Shown: positions 51,986-61,780, counted from the stretch's first letter. The stretch: 64,000 nucleotides of DNA from Deltaproteobacteria bacterium (GCA_016197285.1 JACPWD010000048.1:53025-117024); one strand, 5' to 3'. Notes: a model not told the origin generated them from the sequence alone. Translations and numbers: made by a program.

Positions 51986-53884
51986 TTACTTCCCTTTTGG
52001 CGGGCCGAAGGCCAGCAGCACATTCCCCGGCATCCCGTTAAACCCATAGCCGGAGGTGAAGTACACCCAGCCATCGACGACCGTTACGCCCGCGCCGTTG
52101 AGCGAGCCGCCGTTGGTAGGAATTTTGTTGACCGCGTCATAGTTGCGTTTGGTGTCGTACTTCCAGAGGATTTTTCCATCTTTGGGATCGTAGGCGCGCA
52201 TATACCCATCCATGGAACCGGCGAAGAGAATGCCGGGGATGAGCGTGGCGGCTTGAGGCTGCCCGGCGTTGCAGCCGACCTTGTCGAGACAATCGAGTGC
52301 GGGAGAAGCCGCTTTCCAGACCACTTTCCCGCTCGCGATATTGACCGCCCGCACCCCACCGGCTTTCTGCGGATCGCCGGAATTTTCCCACGCATCGGAG
52401 ATCGGCACGTAGGCGAGCTGCTCGTCGGCGGTGAAGCCCCATTCGATGCCGCCCAGCAAGCCGCCCGGCGAAAGCCGCCGTTCCCAGACGATCTCGCCAT
52501 TTTTGTCAGGATCAATCGCGTACATTACCCCCGACTTCTGCCCAGCAAGGAGCAGCGAACGTCCATTCGTGCCTTTGCGCAAGATGGCCGAAGCCCCGTA
52601 GTCGATATCTGGCCCGCACTTTTCACGAGAGATGGGATCGGCACTGGGCGTTAGACACGCCAGAGTAAACGCATCATGGGGCGTGGTTTGCCTCGCCCAA
52701 CGGATGGCACCAGTTTCAAGGTCGAGCGCCAGGACGGCATCGGTCGTAGGCGCCGCTGGCGGCGAATACCCGTCGCCGGTGGTGACGTAAATCAAGCCGC
52801 GTTTTTCGTCGATCGTTGGCGCTGACCACACGCCCGCGCCGGCCGGTCCATAAAGTTGCGTGCCTTTGGTGTTCTTCTTGGTCGGTTTCGGTTCTTCGGG
52901 AATGGTGTAGGTTTTCCACAGGCGCTTCCCGGTCGCGGTATCGAGCGCGGCGACACTCCCGCGAAACGTGCAGCACTGGTACTCGGGGAAGGAGCCACTC
53001 ACTTCCTCGACCGAAGCGGCGGCAATGTACACCCGACCTTTATGCACGACAGGAGCGGCACTGATCGCGGTGTCGCTATGATCGTCTGCTCTATATTCCC
53101 AAATCTTCTCTCCGGTGTTGGCGTCGAGCGCGTAGGCCCAGCCCTTACGATCGGCAGCGTAGACGACGTAGCGCGGCGGGGTACTTCCCGGCAGCGGCAC
53201 GACGGACATCGTAGCGCGCACTCCTCCACGGGTGTCGAACTTCCAATGGGCACAGCCGGTTTGCGCATCAAGCGCATAGATGGCGTTGGACGTGCTGCCG
53301 ATGAAGAGCCGCCCACCAACGACCGCAGGCTGAGTGCCAACCGTGGCCGCGTTATGAAAACCGAAGGCCCAGCGCAATTCCAACTTCCCCAAGGCGGCAC
53401 GGTCCAGCTTCGCCTGCGCTGCCGGCTGGAAGCGAGTGTTCTCAAGATCGATTCCCCACCCTGACCAGTGCGGTTGAGCAAGCGCATTGGCAGGGAGCGG
53501 GTCGCTCTTGGCGCAACGTTGTAACTCCTCGGGCGCTTCGGCTGTGGAGCCTAACGTCTTGCCGGTGATGAATTCTGCCAGCGCTTTTTTCCGCTCAGGG
53601 GTGAAGCTCAGGACGTACATCGCCATCAGTCCCTTATCGATCGCGAAAAAGATTTTCTCTGGGGCAAGCGCACGTAATTGCTCGCTACGCATGGCGCGCG
53701 GCGGCGGAGTGTTATTGTGACAGTTCGAGCAGATGCGATTGAAGACCTCCGCCGGGGTTTCTTCTGCGGCCTGGAGTGTCGGTACGCTGAACAACCCGAG
53801 GACCAGAACAAAGGCGGCAATGGCAAATACGTAACCACGCACGGCGACATAAGAACGTTTCTCTTCTTGACGATACAACGACAT
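51986..53884 (-). CDS. PQQ-type beta-propeller dehydrogenase with N-terminal cytochrome c domain (polyvinyl-alcohol dehydrogenase-like)
   Basis: Start preceded by CAGGAGGG. It has a signal/TM segment, the heme motif CSNCH, and then repeated W-containing propeller blades (AxDxxTGkxxW pattern). Confidence 0.7.
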   Translation of the reverse strand: MSLYRQEEKRSYVAVRGYVFAIAAFVLVLGLFSVPTLQAAEETPAEVFNRICSNCHNNTPPPRAMRSEQLRALAPEKIFFAIDKGLMAMYVLSFTPERKKALAEFITGKTLGSTAEAPEELQRCAKSDPLPANALAQPHWSGWGIDLENTRFQPAAQAKLDRAALGKLELRWAFGFHNAATVGTQPAVVGGRLFIGSTSNAIYALDAQTGCAHWKFDTRGGVRATMSVVPLPGSTPPRYVVYAADRKGWAYALDANTGEKIWEYRADDHSDTAISAAPVVHKGRVYIAAASVEEVSGSFPEYQCCTFRGSVAALDTATGKRLWKTYTIPEEPKPTKKNTKGTQLYGPAGAGVWSAPTIDEKRGLIYVTTGDGYSPPAAPTTDAVLALDLETGAIRWARQTTPHDAFTLACLTPSADPISREKCGPDIDYGASAILRKGTNGRSLLLAGQKSGVMYAIDPDKNGEIVWERRLSPGGLLGGIEWGFTADEQLAYVPISDAWENSGDPQKAGGVRAVNIASGKVVWKAASPALDCLDKVGCNAGQPQAATLIPGILFAGSMDGYMRAYDPKDGKILWKYDTKRNYDAVNKIPTNGGSLNGAGVTVVDGWVYFTSGYGFNGMPGNVLLAFGPPKGK

Positions 53885-53982
53885 AGATCCCTCCTGTGGG
53901 GAAACACTTAACACTCCATTTCGCGGTGAGCCAGGGGGAGGGGGAAGGCCAAGCAGAGTAGAGACGCTCCGCCGGGGCGTCT

Positions 53983-55215
53983 CTACAAAAACTGCGCGCG
54001 TTCCGCCACAATGTCGGCGTGCGAGGCGACGATCCGTTGCAATTTGAGCTGGGCAATGTGTTCGTCCGAGTATCCCAACAGTCGCTTGAGTACGGACTCG
54101 GTGTGTTCCGCCAGCAGCGGCCCCGGTGCCGCCACGTAGCCGGGAGTCGCCGACAATTTCACCGGCGTGCCGTCGAGCACTACCTCATCGCCTTCCGGTG
54201 TTCGCACCCGTGCCCAGTAGCCGCGTGCACGGAGCTGCGGGTCGCGATCCAGATCTTCTCCGTTCGCGACGATGCCAGCCGGGACTCCCGCGTGTTGCAA
54301 GCGGGTCATGACCTCTTCGGCTGTACGTTGTCTAGTCCAGGCTTCGACATGGCGATCGAGGTCTTCCTGGTGCGCAAGCCGCTGGTCCAAAGAAGAAAAA
54401 CGTGACTCCTGTGTCCACGCCGGGGTGCCCACAACTCGGCAGAAGGCGTGCCACTCGTCTTCGGTAAAGATGGAGATCGCGCACCAGCGATCCTCGCTCG
54501 CACAGCGATACACTCCATGCGGGGCGGCGGGAGCTTCCTGCGAGCGATTGCCGAGCGGAGCAAGTGTCTTTTTGTTGACAAGGATATCGAGCAGCGCCGG
54601 ACCCACCACACTGGCAATGGTCTCGAATTGCGAGAGATCGACAAACTGCCCCTCGCCTGTGCGTTTGCGATGCCACAACGCCATCAGTACGGCGAGCGCA
54701 CCGCTATAGCCTCCGGACATATCGGCATAGGAATACCCCCAACCGGCCGGCTCGCCGTTGGCATGCCGCATCGACAAAGTATAGCCCGACAACGCTTGCA
54801 GCGTCGGGCCGTAGCTGACGTAATCTTTCTGGGGTCCGGTGTGCCCGAAGCCGGACATACTCACGGCGATGATGTCCGGTTTTATCTGACGGATGCTCTC
54901 GTAATCCATTCCCCAGTTGTGCATGACACGCGCACTGAAGTTGTCGATGACCACATCGGAGACCGCGACCAACTGGCGGGCAATCTCGCGACCGCGCGGG
55001 TCGGCCATGTTGATCACCGTGCTCTCTTTGCCGCGAAACAAATTACCGGTAAACCCGCCGCGTCGGCTGCCGAGATCCAGCGAGTCGCGCCGCTCGATCT
55101 TCACCACCTCGGCCCCTTGGTCGGCCAGGATACGAGTCGCCACCGGTCCAGCTACTACCCAAGTAAAATCGAGAATGCGGACACCATGGAGCGCGCGCCT
55201 GCGAGGTTGTTCCAT
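53983..55215 (-). CDS. family III CoA-transferase (CaiB/BaiF)
   Basis: It has GVRILDFTWVVAGPVATRILADQGAEVVKIER. The start could be 55215 or 55224. Confidence 0.8.
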   Translation of the reverse strand: MEQPRRRALHGVRILDFTWVVAGPVATRILADQGAEVVKIERRDSLDLGSRRGGFTGNLFRGKESTVINMADPRGREIARQLVAVSDVVIDNFSARVMHNWGMDYESIRQIKPDIIAVSMSGFGHTGPQKDYVSYGPTLQALSGYTLSMRHANGEPAGWGYSYADMSGGYSGALAVLMALWHRKRTGEGQFVDLSQFETIASVVGPALLDILVNKKTLAPLGNRSQEAPAAPHGVYRCASEDRWCAISIFTEDEWHAFCRVVGTPAWTQESRFSSLDQRLAHQEDLDRHVEAWTRQRTAEEVMTRLQHAGVPAGIVANGEDLDRDPQLRARGYWARVRTPEGDEVVLDGTPVKLSATPGYVAAPGPLLAEHTESVLKRLLGYSDEHIAQLKLQRIVASHADIVAERAQFL

Positions 55216-55220
55216 CGGTT

Positions 55221-56108
55221 TCATGCCTCCATGAGGTGGGCAGCGATCTCCCGATACCGAGCGGCGGCCCGAGCAACGATCTCCGGCGGCAAGTGCGGCA
55301 CCGGCGGTCGGCGATCCCATTTCAGCTCGATGAGGTAATTGCGAATGATCTGCTTATCGTAACTGTCTTGCGGCACCCCGGGCCGATACGTGTCCGCCCG
55401 CCAGAACCGCGACGAGTCCGGCGTGAAGGCTTCGTCAATCCACAGCAATTTCCCCTCGCGCAGGCCAAACTCGAACTTGGTGTCGGCGAGCAAGAATCCT
55501 TTGGAGCTGGCATAGGCGTGAGCGGCATTGTACAGCGCAAGACTGACGTCCCGTATCTGCGCGGCCAACGACGCGCCAATCGAGCGTTCGACTTCGCCGA
55601 AGGGGATATTTTCGTCGTGCTGCCCTTCCGGGGCTTTGGTCGAGGGCGTGAAAATCGGCTCGGGCAAGCGTTCGCTCTCGCGCAATCCGGCGGGCAACGC
55701 GATGCCACATACGCTCCGCGAGGCACGGTACTCCTGCCATCCAGAACCGGCCAGGTAGCCGCGCACGATACATTCGACCGGCAACGGCTGCGCCTTTCTC
55801 ACCAGCATGGCGCGCCCGGCCAGCATGGCGCGATAGGGGTGGCAGACGGAGGGAAAATCGTCCACATGCACAGAGACGAGATGATTGGGAATAATATGGG
55901 ACAAATGATCGAACCAAAAACTCGACACCTGGTTGAGCACCCGCCCTTTCCCTGGAATGCCTTCGTGAAGCACCACATCGAAGGCGGACACGCGATCCGT
56001 AGCAACGATTAGCAAATGCTCCTCGGTCTCGTAAATGTCGCGGACTTTCCCACGACGCGGCGCCGGCAACCCGGCGATGTCGGTCGTCAGAACAACAGCA
56101 TCACTCAT
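55221..56108 (-). CDS. purC: phosphoribosylaminoimidazole-succinocarboxamide synthase
   Basis: It has GKVRDIYE, the motif LLADTKFEFG, and is ~295 aa. GAGGAG lies upstream of the start. Confidence 0.9.
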   Translation of the reverse strand: MSDAVVLTTDIAGLPAPRRGKVRDIYETEEHLLIVATDRVSAFDVVLHEGIPGKGRVLNQVSSFWFDHLSHIIPNHLVSVHVDDFPSVCHPYRAMLAGRAMLVRKAQPLPVECIVRGYLAGSGWQEYRASRSVCGIALPAGLRESERLPEPIFTPSTKAPEGQHDENIPFGEVERSIGASLAAQIRDVSLALYNAAHAYASSKGFLLADTKFEFGLREGKLLWIDEAFTPDSSRFWRADTYRPGVPQDSYDKQIIRNYLIELKWDRRPPVPHLPPEIVARAAARYREIAAHLMEA

Positions 56109-56190
56109 GCGTACACTCTCCTCACTCGACAAATCTCTCTAAACCGGAAAGCATGACATTCGTACACTTTACGCTGCGACCACCCGGCCC

Positions 56191-56274
56191 TGTCATTCTG
56201 AGCGCAGCGAAGAATCTCACGGCAAGACCCTTCACGGAGTTTATCCTGAGCGCAGCCGAAGGGTTCAGGGTGAC
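56191..56274 (+). repeat. 84-nt composite REP/MITE-like element, copy B
   Basis: 80 of 84 positions are identical to the reverse complement of 16459-16542. Confidence 0.85.
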
Positions 56275-56436
56275 AACTCTGGGGTGCGAATCTCATGACG
56301 TTTGGTTCAGCAACTCGGACTATTGGGTGGGCGGATTGTATACGTCCGGACGAGAAACGTCATCCATGGACATCGCGAGAAGGCACGGGAATTCGTGTCG
56401 GCTGGCGTGTTTGTCGGCACACGGGGAGCGCGTGCG

Positions 56437-56465
56437 TTGACAGAAAGGGAGAAGCGCAGTATAGG
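56437..56465 (+). promoter_or_regulatory. sigma70-like promoter candidate for the ankyrin lipoprotein gene
   Basis: TTGACA, a 17-nt spacer, then TATAGG. It lies ~40 nt upstream of the ATG at 56505. Confidence 0.4.
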
Positions 56466-56504
56466 CCGAACAGGCACGCGCATTTTCCATAAGGAGGGGA
56501 CACT

Positions 56505-57137
56505 ATGGTTCGCATGTATATAATCGGTATGACACTGCTGCTGAGCGTGGCGACGCTAGGCTGCGAGAGCAAGCAAAAAGACACACAGGCACCTGCCCCG
56601 CAACAGGGTGCTCCTCAAACAGCGACCAAGACTCAGCCATCGGCGAGTGCCCCAGCCGCCCCCTCCCCAGAGCAACAGGCAAAGCAAGAAGAGGCACGCA
56701 AACAGATGGAGGCCCAAGGTCTGGCTTATACCAAGGAGGCGTTCTTCGAGAATGTGAAGAACGGGAAGGCCGAGCTTGTGACACAATTTCTGAACGCCGG
56801 AATGGGGCCGGATACGAAGGATTCCTACGGCGTGACGGCGCTCATGGTGGCGGCGGAGCAAGGCCACTCCACTGTCATCACCGCGTTGCTGGACGGAGGC
56901 GCGAAGCTCGAAGTGAAAGATACTTCGGGGAACACCGCCCTCATCTGGGCGGCGGGCGAAGGAAAAATGGAGGCGGTAAAAACACTCTTGGCGCGCGGCG
57001 CGAACGTCAACGCGCAGAACATCAGCGGCAAATCCGCCTTGTTGCAGGCGGCCTGGTATGCGCATAGCGACATCATCGACGTGTTGAAACAAGCAGGCGC
57101 GGAAGATCCACGACCTCAGGCTGCTGGGGGGAAGTGA
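56505..57137 (+). CDS. ankyrin-repeat lipoprotein
   Basis: GGAGGGG RBS and the lipobox LSVATLGC. It has a low-complexity Q/A/P linker and 3-4 ANK repeats (GVTALMVAAEQGH, GNTALIWAAGEGK, GKSALLQAAWYAH). Confidence 0.8.
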   Translation: MVRMYIIGMTLLLSVATLGCESKQKDTQAPAPQQGAPQTATKTQPSASAPAAPSPEQQAKQEEARKQMEAQGLAYTKEAFFENVKNGKAELVTQFLNAGMGPDTKDSYGVTALMVAAEQGHSTVITALLDGGAKLEVKDTSGNTALIWAAGEGKMEAVKTLLARGANVNAQNISGKSALLQAAWYAHSDIIDVLKQAGAEDPRPQAAGGK

Positions 57138-57168
57138 AGGAGCGTCGCTCGGGAAAGAAGGCGACGTT

Positions 57169-58692
57169 CTACTTCCGGTCCAACGCCCGATATTGAATCG
57201 CCTCGGCTAAGTGCGCGCTGCCGACCTGTTCTTCTCCAGCTAAATCGGCAATGGTGCGCGCGACCTTCAGAATACGAGTGTAGGCGCGCGCGCTCAGGCC
57301 CAAACGAGCCATGGCGTTTTCGAGCAGCTTCTCCCCGATACTATCGGGCTGGCAAAATTTGCGAATGTCCTTGCTCGCCATCTGCGCGTTGCAGTACAGC
57401 GTGCGCCCCGAGAAGCGCTTAAGCTGGAGTGTCCGGGCCGTGTTCACCCGCCCGCGAATCGCGGCCGAGTCCTCCCCGGCTTCGCGATGACTCAGCTCCT
57501 TGTATTTCACTGCCGGCACTTCGACTTGGATGTCGATACGATCCAACAACGGACCGGAAATCTTCCCGCGATAGCGCTGGACCTGCTGCGGCGTGCAATG
57601 GCACTCATGCTGCGGATCGCCGAGGAACCCGCACAGGCAGGGGTTCATCGCCGACACCAACATGATGCTCGCCGGGTACGTGGTCGAGCCGATCGCCCGC
57701 GAAATCGTCACTTTGGCGTCTTCCAGTGGCTGCCGGAGGACTTCCAGCACATTCTTACGAAATTCAGGGAGTTCATCGAGGAACAAGACGCCATGATGTG
57801 CTAGCGACACCTCACCAGGCTTGGGAATCGCTCCACCGCCGATCAACCCGGCATCGGAAATCGTGTGATGAGGGGAGCGAAACGGCCGCGTCGCCACTAA
57901 CGCGCGCCCGTCCATCAGACCGGCTACGCTGTGCACTTTGGTCGCTTCCAATGCCTCCGCCAGCGTCAGGTCCGGCAGAATGGTTGGCAAGCGCCGCGCC
58001 AGCATGGTTTTGCCTGCCCCCGGAGGACCGACAAGCAACACGTTATGTCCACCGGCGGCCGCGACCTCCAATGCACGTTTCACATGCTCTTGCCCCTTCA
58101 CATCGCTAAAATCGACCTCATAGCGCGAATGCGCGGCAAAGATTTCTTTCAGATCAACCTGAGTCGCCGCCACCGGCTGGTCGCCATTCAGAAAAAGAAA
58201 CGCCTCGCTCAGGGTCGCCACGCCAATGACTTCCACCCCTTCCACCACGGCGGCTTCCGCCGCATTTTCAGCCGGTACGAGCAGCCCTTTGAGCTGCCGG
58301 TCTCGTGCCATGAGCGCTAGCGGCAAAGCGCCGTGCACGGATTTCACTCGCCCGTCGAGGGAAAGTTCCCCCAGCAAGGCATATTCACTCAGGCGTTCCT
58401 TGTTCAGCCAGCCTTCCGCCGCCAGAATGCCCAAGGCGATAGGCAGGTCGTACGCGGACCCTTCTTTTTTCAAATCCGCTGGCGCGAGGTTGACGGTAAT
58501 TCTGCGCGCGGAGGGAACCTCATAGCCGGAGTTTTTGATGGCCGACCGTACGCGATCTTTGCTTTCGCGCACCGCGCCTTCAGGAAGCCCCACGGTCGTA
58601 AACTGCGGCATGCCGAACGCCACGTCGACTTCCACTTCGACCAGGAGTCCATCAATGCCCACCAATGCACCGGAAAGTACTGTTGCTAGCAT
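57169..58692 (-). CDS. YifB/ComM-family Mg-chelatase-like AAA ATPase
   Basis: N-terminal Lon-protease-like domain, Walker A GPPGAGKT, Walker [10 protein letters not shown], and a C-terminal ChlI-like domain. Confidence 0.9.
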   Translation of the reverse strand: MLATVLSGALVGIDGLLVEVEVDVAFGMPQFTTVGLPEGAVRESKDRVRSAIKNSGYEVPSARRITVNLAPADLKKEGSAYDLPIALGILAAEGWLNKERLSEYALLGELSLDGRVKSVHGALPLALMARDRQLKGLLVPAENAAEAAVVEGVEVIGVATLSEAFLFLNGDQPVAATQVDLKEIFAAHSRYEVDFSDVKGQEHVKRALEVAAAGGHNVLLVGPPGAGKTMLARRLPTILPDLTLAEALEATKVHSVAGLMDGRALVATRPFRSPHHTISDAGLIGGGAIPKPGEVSLAHHGVLFLDELPEFRKNVLEVLRQPLEDAKVTISRAIGSTTYPASIMLVSAMNPCLCGFLGDPQHECHCTPQQVQRYRGKISGPLLDRIDIQVEVPAVKYKELSHREAGEDSAAIRGRVNTARTLQLKRFSGRTLYCNAQMASKDIRKFCQPDSIGEKLLENAMARLGLSARAYTRILKVARTIADLAGEEQVGSAHLAEAIQYRALDRK

Positions 58693-58730
58693 AGTTCCGT
58701 GCTAGCGAAAGTAAAAAGAAAAAGCAAGGA

Positions 58731-58832
58731 AGAGCTGAAGCTATCAGCCGTCAGCAATCAGCCAAACAAGAGGAAAGGCTCTTTTTGCTAAAAGCTGAAA
58801 GCTAAGAGCTGACGGCTGACAGCTGATAGCTC
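58731..58832. repeat. Inverted heptamer-repeat blocks (xxxTCAG / GCTGAnn) in a divergent promoter region
   Basis: CTATCAGCCGTCAGC (58741-58755) pairs at 14 of 15 positions with GCTGACGGCTGACAG (58808-58822). Both arms are built of 7-nt words. Confidence 0.65.
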
Positions 58833-58896
58833 ACTCCCCATACAGATGCTAAGGTGCGCCCGTAACAAGAGACTTGAAACAAAGGAGGACATACAT

Positions 58897-59838
58897 ATGG
58901 CTCGATTAGGAATCGTAGTGGCACGGCCGGGAGACACTTCGTTCGGCGAACTGCGGCAGTTGGCGAAGGAAGCGGAGTCTGCGGGCTTCGAGGCGGTGTT
59001 CTCGCCGGAATTTATGAACGACGCGCTTGCCAATTGCCAGATCATGGCGCAAGCGACCTCGACGGTGAAAGTCGGCACCTGGATCGCGAACATTTATTTA
59101 CGCCATCCCGCCCTGTGCGCTCAAACGGCAGTGGCGATCGACGATACCTCGAAAGGCCGTTTACTCTTGGGACTAGGCGTCAGCCACCGTCCGCTGGTGG
59201 AAGGAATCTTGAAAGAAAAGATGGACAAGCCGCGCGATTTCTTGCGCGAATACCTGAAGGTCGTTCGCGATATTACTACCGGCATTGGCTACCCGGGTTC
59301 GCCGATGCCACCGCGTGCAGCCACGTACAAAGTACCCCTGTATGTCGCCGCGCTGGCGCTCGGCACGGTAGAACTCTGCGGAGAGATGGCGGATGGCACC
59401 ATGCTCTATCTGTGCCCGACGAGCCGGATGCCGCGAGTCATGGCCGCTTTAGAGAAAGGCGCGGCCAAGGCGGGACGCTCCGTCTCTAACGTGGACATCA
59501 CCAACGGCCTTCCCACGTGCATTAGCGATGACCTCAGCACCGCCCGCGCCGCAGCACGAGGCAACCTCTCTTTCTACGGCGGCTTGCCGTTTTACAACAA
59601 ACTGTTTCAGAGCAGCGGCTTTGTCGAAGAAGCGGAAGGACTCGCCAAGGGCAATGCGAACGCGGTGTCGGACAGGATGGCGGAAGCGGTTTCTCTCGTC
59701 GGTTCGCCCTCCCGATGCCGAGAGCAACTGGCGGCGTTTCGCGAAGCCGGGGTCCAATTGCCGATCCTCGTCCCCGTTGCAGTTGGTGACCAGACGGCAG
59801 CCCAAGCCGTCCGTAAAGTGATTGAGACGTTCGCATAA
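58897..59838 (+). CDS. LLM-class (probably F420-dependent) oxidoreductase
   Basis: AAAGGAGGA RBS. It has GFEAVFSPEF and LGLGVSHRPLVE. Confidence 0.7.
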   Translation: MARLGIVVARPGDTSFGELRQLAKEAESAGFEAVFSPEFMNDALANCQIMAQATSTVKVGTWIANIYLRHPALCAQTAVAIDDTSKGRLLLGLGVSHRPLVEGILKEKMDKPRDFLREYLKVVRDITTGIGYPGSPMPPRAATYKVPLYVAALALGTVELCGEMADGTMLYLCPTSRMPRVMAALEKGAAKAGRSVSNVDITNGLPTCISDDLSTARAAARGNLSFYGGLPFYNKLFQSSGFVEEAEGLAKGNANAVSDRMAEAVSLVGSPSRCREQLAAFREAGVQLPILVPVAVGDQTAAQAVRKVIETFA

Positions 59839-59846
59839 GAGGCTAA

Positions 59847-59888
59847 AGGCTAAAGGCTACAGGGCCGCCCCCCTCCAGCCTTTAGCCT
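59847..59888. terminator. Bidirectional hairpin built from GGCTAAA heptamers
   Basis: AGGCTAAAGGCT (59847-59858) pairs perfectly with AGCCTTTAGCCT (59877-59888). It lies between convergent stop codons at 59838 and 59901. Confidence 0.55.
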
Positions 59889-59900
59889 ATGGCCTGTCGC

Positions 59901-60965
59901 CTATCTTTTCGGAATTTCCCACCGTTCTCCAACCGCCATCACTTTGATCGTCTCCAAGGTGCCGCCCACCTCGGAGACGACGCGGCGTAGCTCGCGGGGC
60001 GGCTCGTCGAGGGGTTCATCGGTCAGATCGAACGTTCCCCAATGGCACGGCACCATCCACCGTGCCTGCAAATCGAGAAACGCCCGATAGGCCTCGGCTG
60101 GATTCATGTGAGAATAGTGCATGATCCAGCGCGGCAAGTAGGCGCCGATCGGCAGTATCGCCACATCGATCGGCCCAAAGCGTTTTTTAATTTCAGCAAA
60201 GCCGTGAAAATATCCGGTGTCGCCGGCAAAGAAATAGGTGTATTCGTCGGAGGCAATCACCCATGCGCACCACAGGGTCGAGTTCGGCCACTGGTCGAGA
60301 CGCTGCGACCAGTGTTGCGCAGGCACGCAGGTGATGCGCCAGCGCCCGTGTTGCACGGTCTGCCACCAGTCTAACTCGACGACGGCCTTCCGTCCCTTTT
60401 CTCGAAACCACTCGGCGAGCCCCATAGGCACGAACCACGTCATCGTCGCCGGCAAGGTCTCCACGGAATAGGCATCCAAATGGTCATAGTGGTTGTGCGA
60501 AATGACGGCAAATGCCGAGGCGGGAATGGACGAGATCGGCACGCCGGGCGGATGATGCCGTTTCGGCAGCAGCGCCCGGGTGTTGAACTGCGGGTCGGTC
60601 AGGAACACATCCGGTCCATCGTGGACGGCAAACGTCGAATGACCCACCCAGGTCACCGATGCGGACTGTTCGGGAACGGCAAACGATGCTCCATCGTTCA
60701 TCACTCGCGGGACATCGAAAGGGGTGCGGTGCTCGCCGGTATAGGAGTCTCGGGAACTCAGCCAGCGGAACAGGTCGGTATACCGTCGCGGGCGGGGATT
60801 CCAAGGATTGAACCAGACTCCCGACTCGCGGTGAGGCACGAACAGCAAATTCGCATCGGAGGAGCCCTTCGGCGTGTTGTCGGAAGGGACGGCGCAACCG
60901 ATGGACCACAAACAGCAGAGGGCAAAAAGCACGTTACGAAGTGACATAAGCATCGTCGTCGTCAC
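59901..60965 (-). CDS. MBL-fold metallo-hydrolase (NAPE-PLD-like), probable lipoprotein
   Basis: It has the HNHYDH metal motif and the N-terminus LFALCCLWSIGC. A GTGA overlap couples it to the upstream gene. Confidence 0.75.
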   Translation of the reverse strand: MTTTMLMSLRNVLFALCCLWSIGCAVPSDNTPKGSSDANLLFVPHRESGVWFNPWNPRPRRYTDLFRWLSSRDSYTGEHRTPFDVPRVMNDGASFAVPEQSASVTWVGHSTFAVHDGPDVFLTDPQFNTRALLPKRHHPPGVPISSIPASAFAVISHNHYDHLDAYSVETLPATMTWFVPMGLAEWFREKGRKAVVELDWWQTVQHGRWRITCVPAQHWSQRLDQWPNSTLWCAWVIASDEYTYFFAGDTGYFHGFAEIKKRFGPIDVAILPIGAYLPRWIMHYSHMNPAEAYRAFLDLQARWMVPCHWGTFDLTDEPLDEPPRELRRVVSEVGGTLETIKVMAVGERWEIPKR

Positions 60966-61624
60966 CGAGAGACAAACCCGCTCCCGAAGAGATAGCCCCG
61001 GTGCGAAAAGTGCCCTTGCGGAAAGAACAGCTCCGCTCCCGACCTCTGCCCACCTGGAAAGAAATGCGAATGCCGCACGAACCTACTACAGCGCAAGCTC
61101 CGAGTCGAAGAAAATCGACTCGACGTTCCGCAGTAGGGACCGGCGGGAACGTCCCAATACGGCGAGCCATACGGGCTCAGACGACCGTAAAACGGCTGAG
61201 AATAATAGTCGGGGGAAACGTCGCGGATAATCACCGCACCGGCTTGTTGAACGACGATCCTAGGAGGTGGCGTGCGAGGAACCGCAACAAGAACGGATCG
61301 GGCCAGCTCTCCAGCCAACGCCACTTGCTGTTCTGCCGTCTGTAATCCTTGGGCGAGGCCACGTTCGTAGGCGCTCATCTGCAACTGCACCGCTGTCGTT
61401 TCCGGTTCGGCAGGGGGCTGCACTTCGACGGGAGCTGGGGCCGCCGTAGCGAACTTCGAGACGAACTGGCGCGCGGAAGCGCGTTGGACTTCGGGAACAG
61501 CGTCAACACTGTTGCTGAACTGGAGGCTCCCTCCCACGTCTCTCCAGCTATAGACAGTGGCCTGCGCCGAAGAAGCGAAAAGCAGAAGGCCGCCGAGCGA
61601 AATCGTCATGAGCTTGCCAATCAT
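60962..61624 (-). CDS. DUF4124-like secreted protein
   Basis: It has a signal peptide (LGGLLLFASSAQA) followed by TVYSWRDVGGSLQFSNS, which is the DUF4124 signature pattern. Confidence 0.5.
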   Translation of the reverse strand: MIGKLMTISLGGLLLFASSAQATVYSWRDVGGSLQFSNSVDAVPEVQRASARQFVSKFATAAPAPVEVQPPAEPETTAVQLQMSAYERGLAQGLQTAEQQVALAGELARSVLVAVPRTPPPRIVVQQAGAVIIRDVSPDYYSQPFYGRLSPYGSPYWDVPAGPYCGTSSRFSSTRSLRCSRFVRHSHFFPGGQRSGAELFFPQGHFSHRGYLFGSGFVSR

Positions 61625-61780
61625 TTCTCTGCACCTCTCTCTGCACATCGGGGGCACCTCTATTTTCCAACATAGGCGATGAACAACCGCTGTCAACGCA
61701 ACCTTGCCGCAGCCACTCAGGTCTAGTAGAAAAGCGAAGGGGTGGTGTGCTTCCCTCGCCCCTCAAGGAGGAAACATCGA

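Noticed and set aside
56109-56300. A ZTP/pfl or purine riboswitch upstream of purC.
   Set aside because: The 5' region on the minus strand is occupied by the 84-nt REP composite. I could not find the conserved pfl motif (GGGUCGUGAC...CCGCCUGGGCA-like) or the purine riboswitch core.
58686-58708. GCTAGC-N10-GCTAGC around the comM-like start codon as a regulatory palindrome.
   Set aside because: It is two copies of a 6-bp self-complementary site. This is too short to distinguish from chance, and it overlaps coding sequence.
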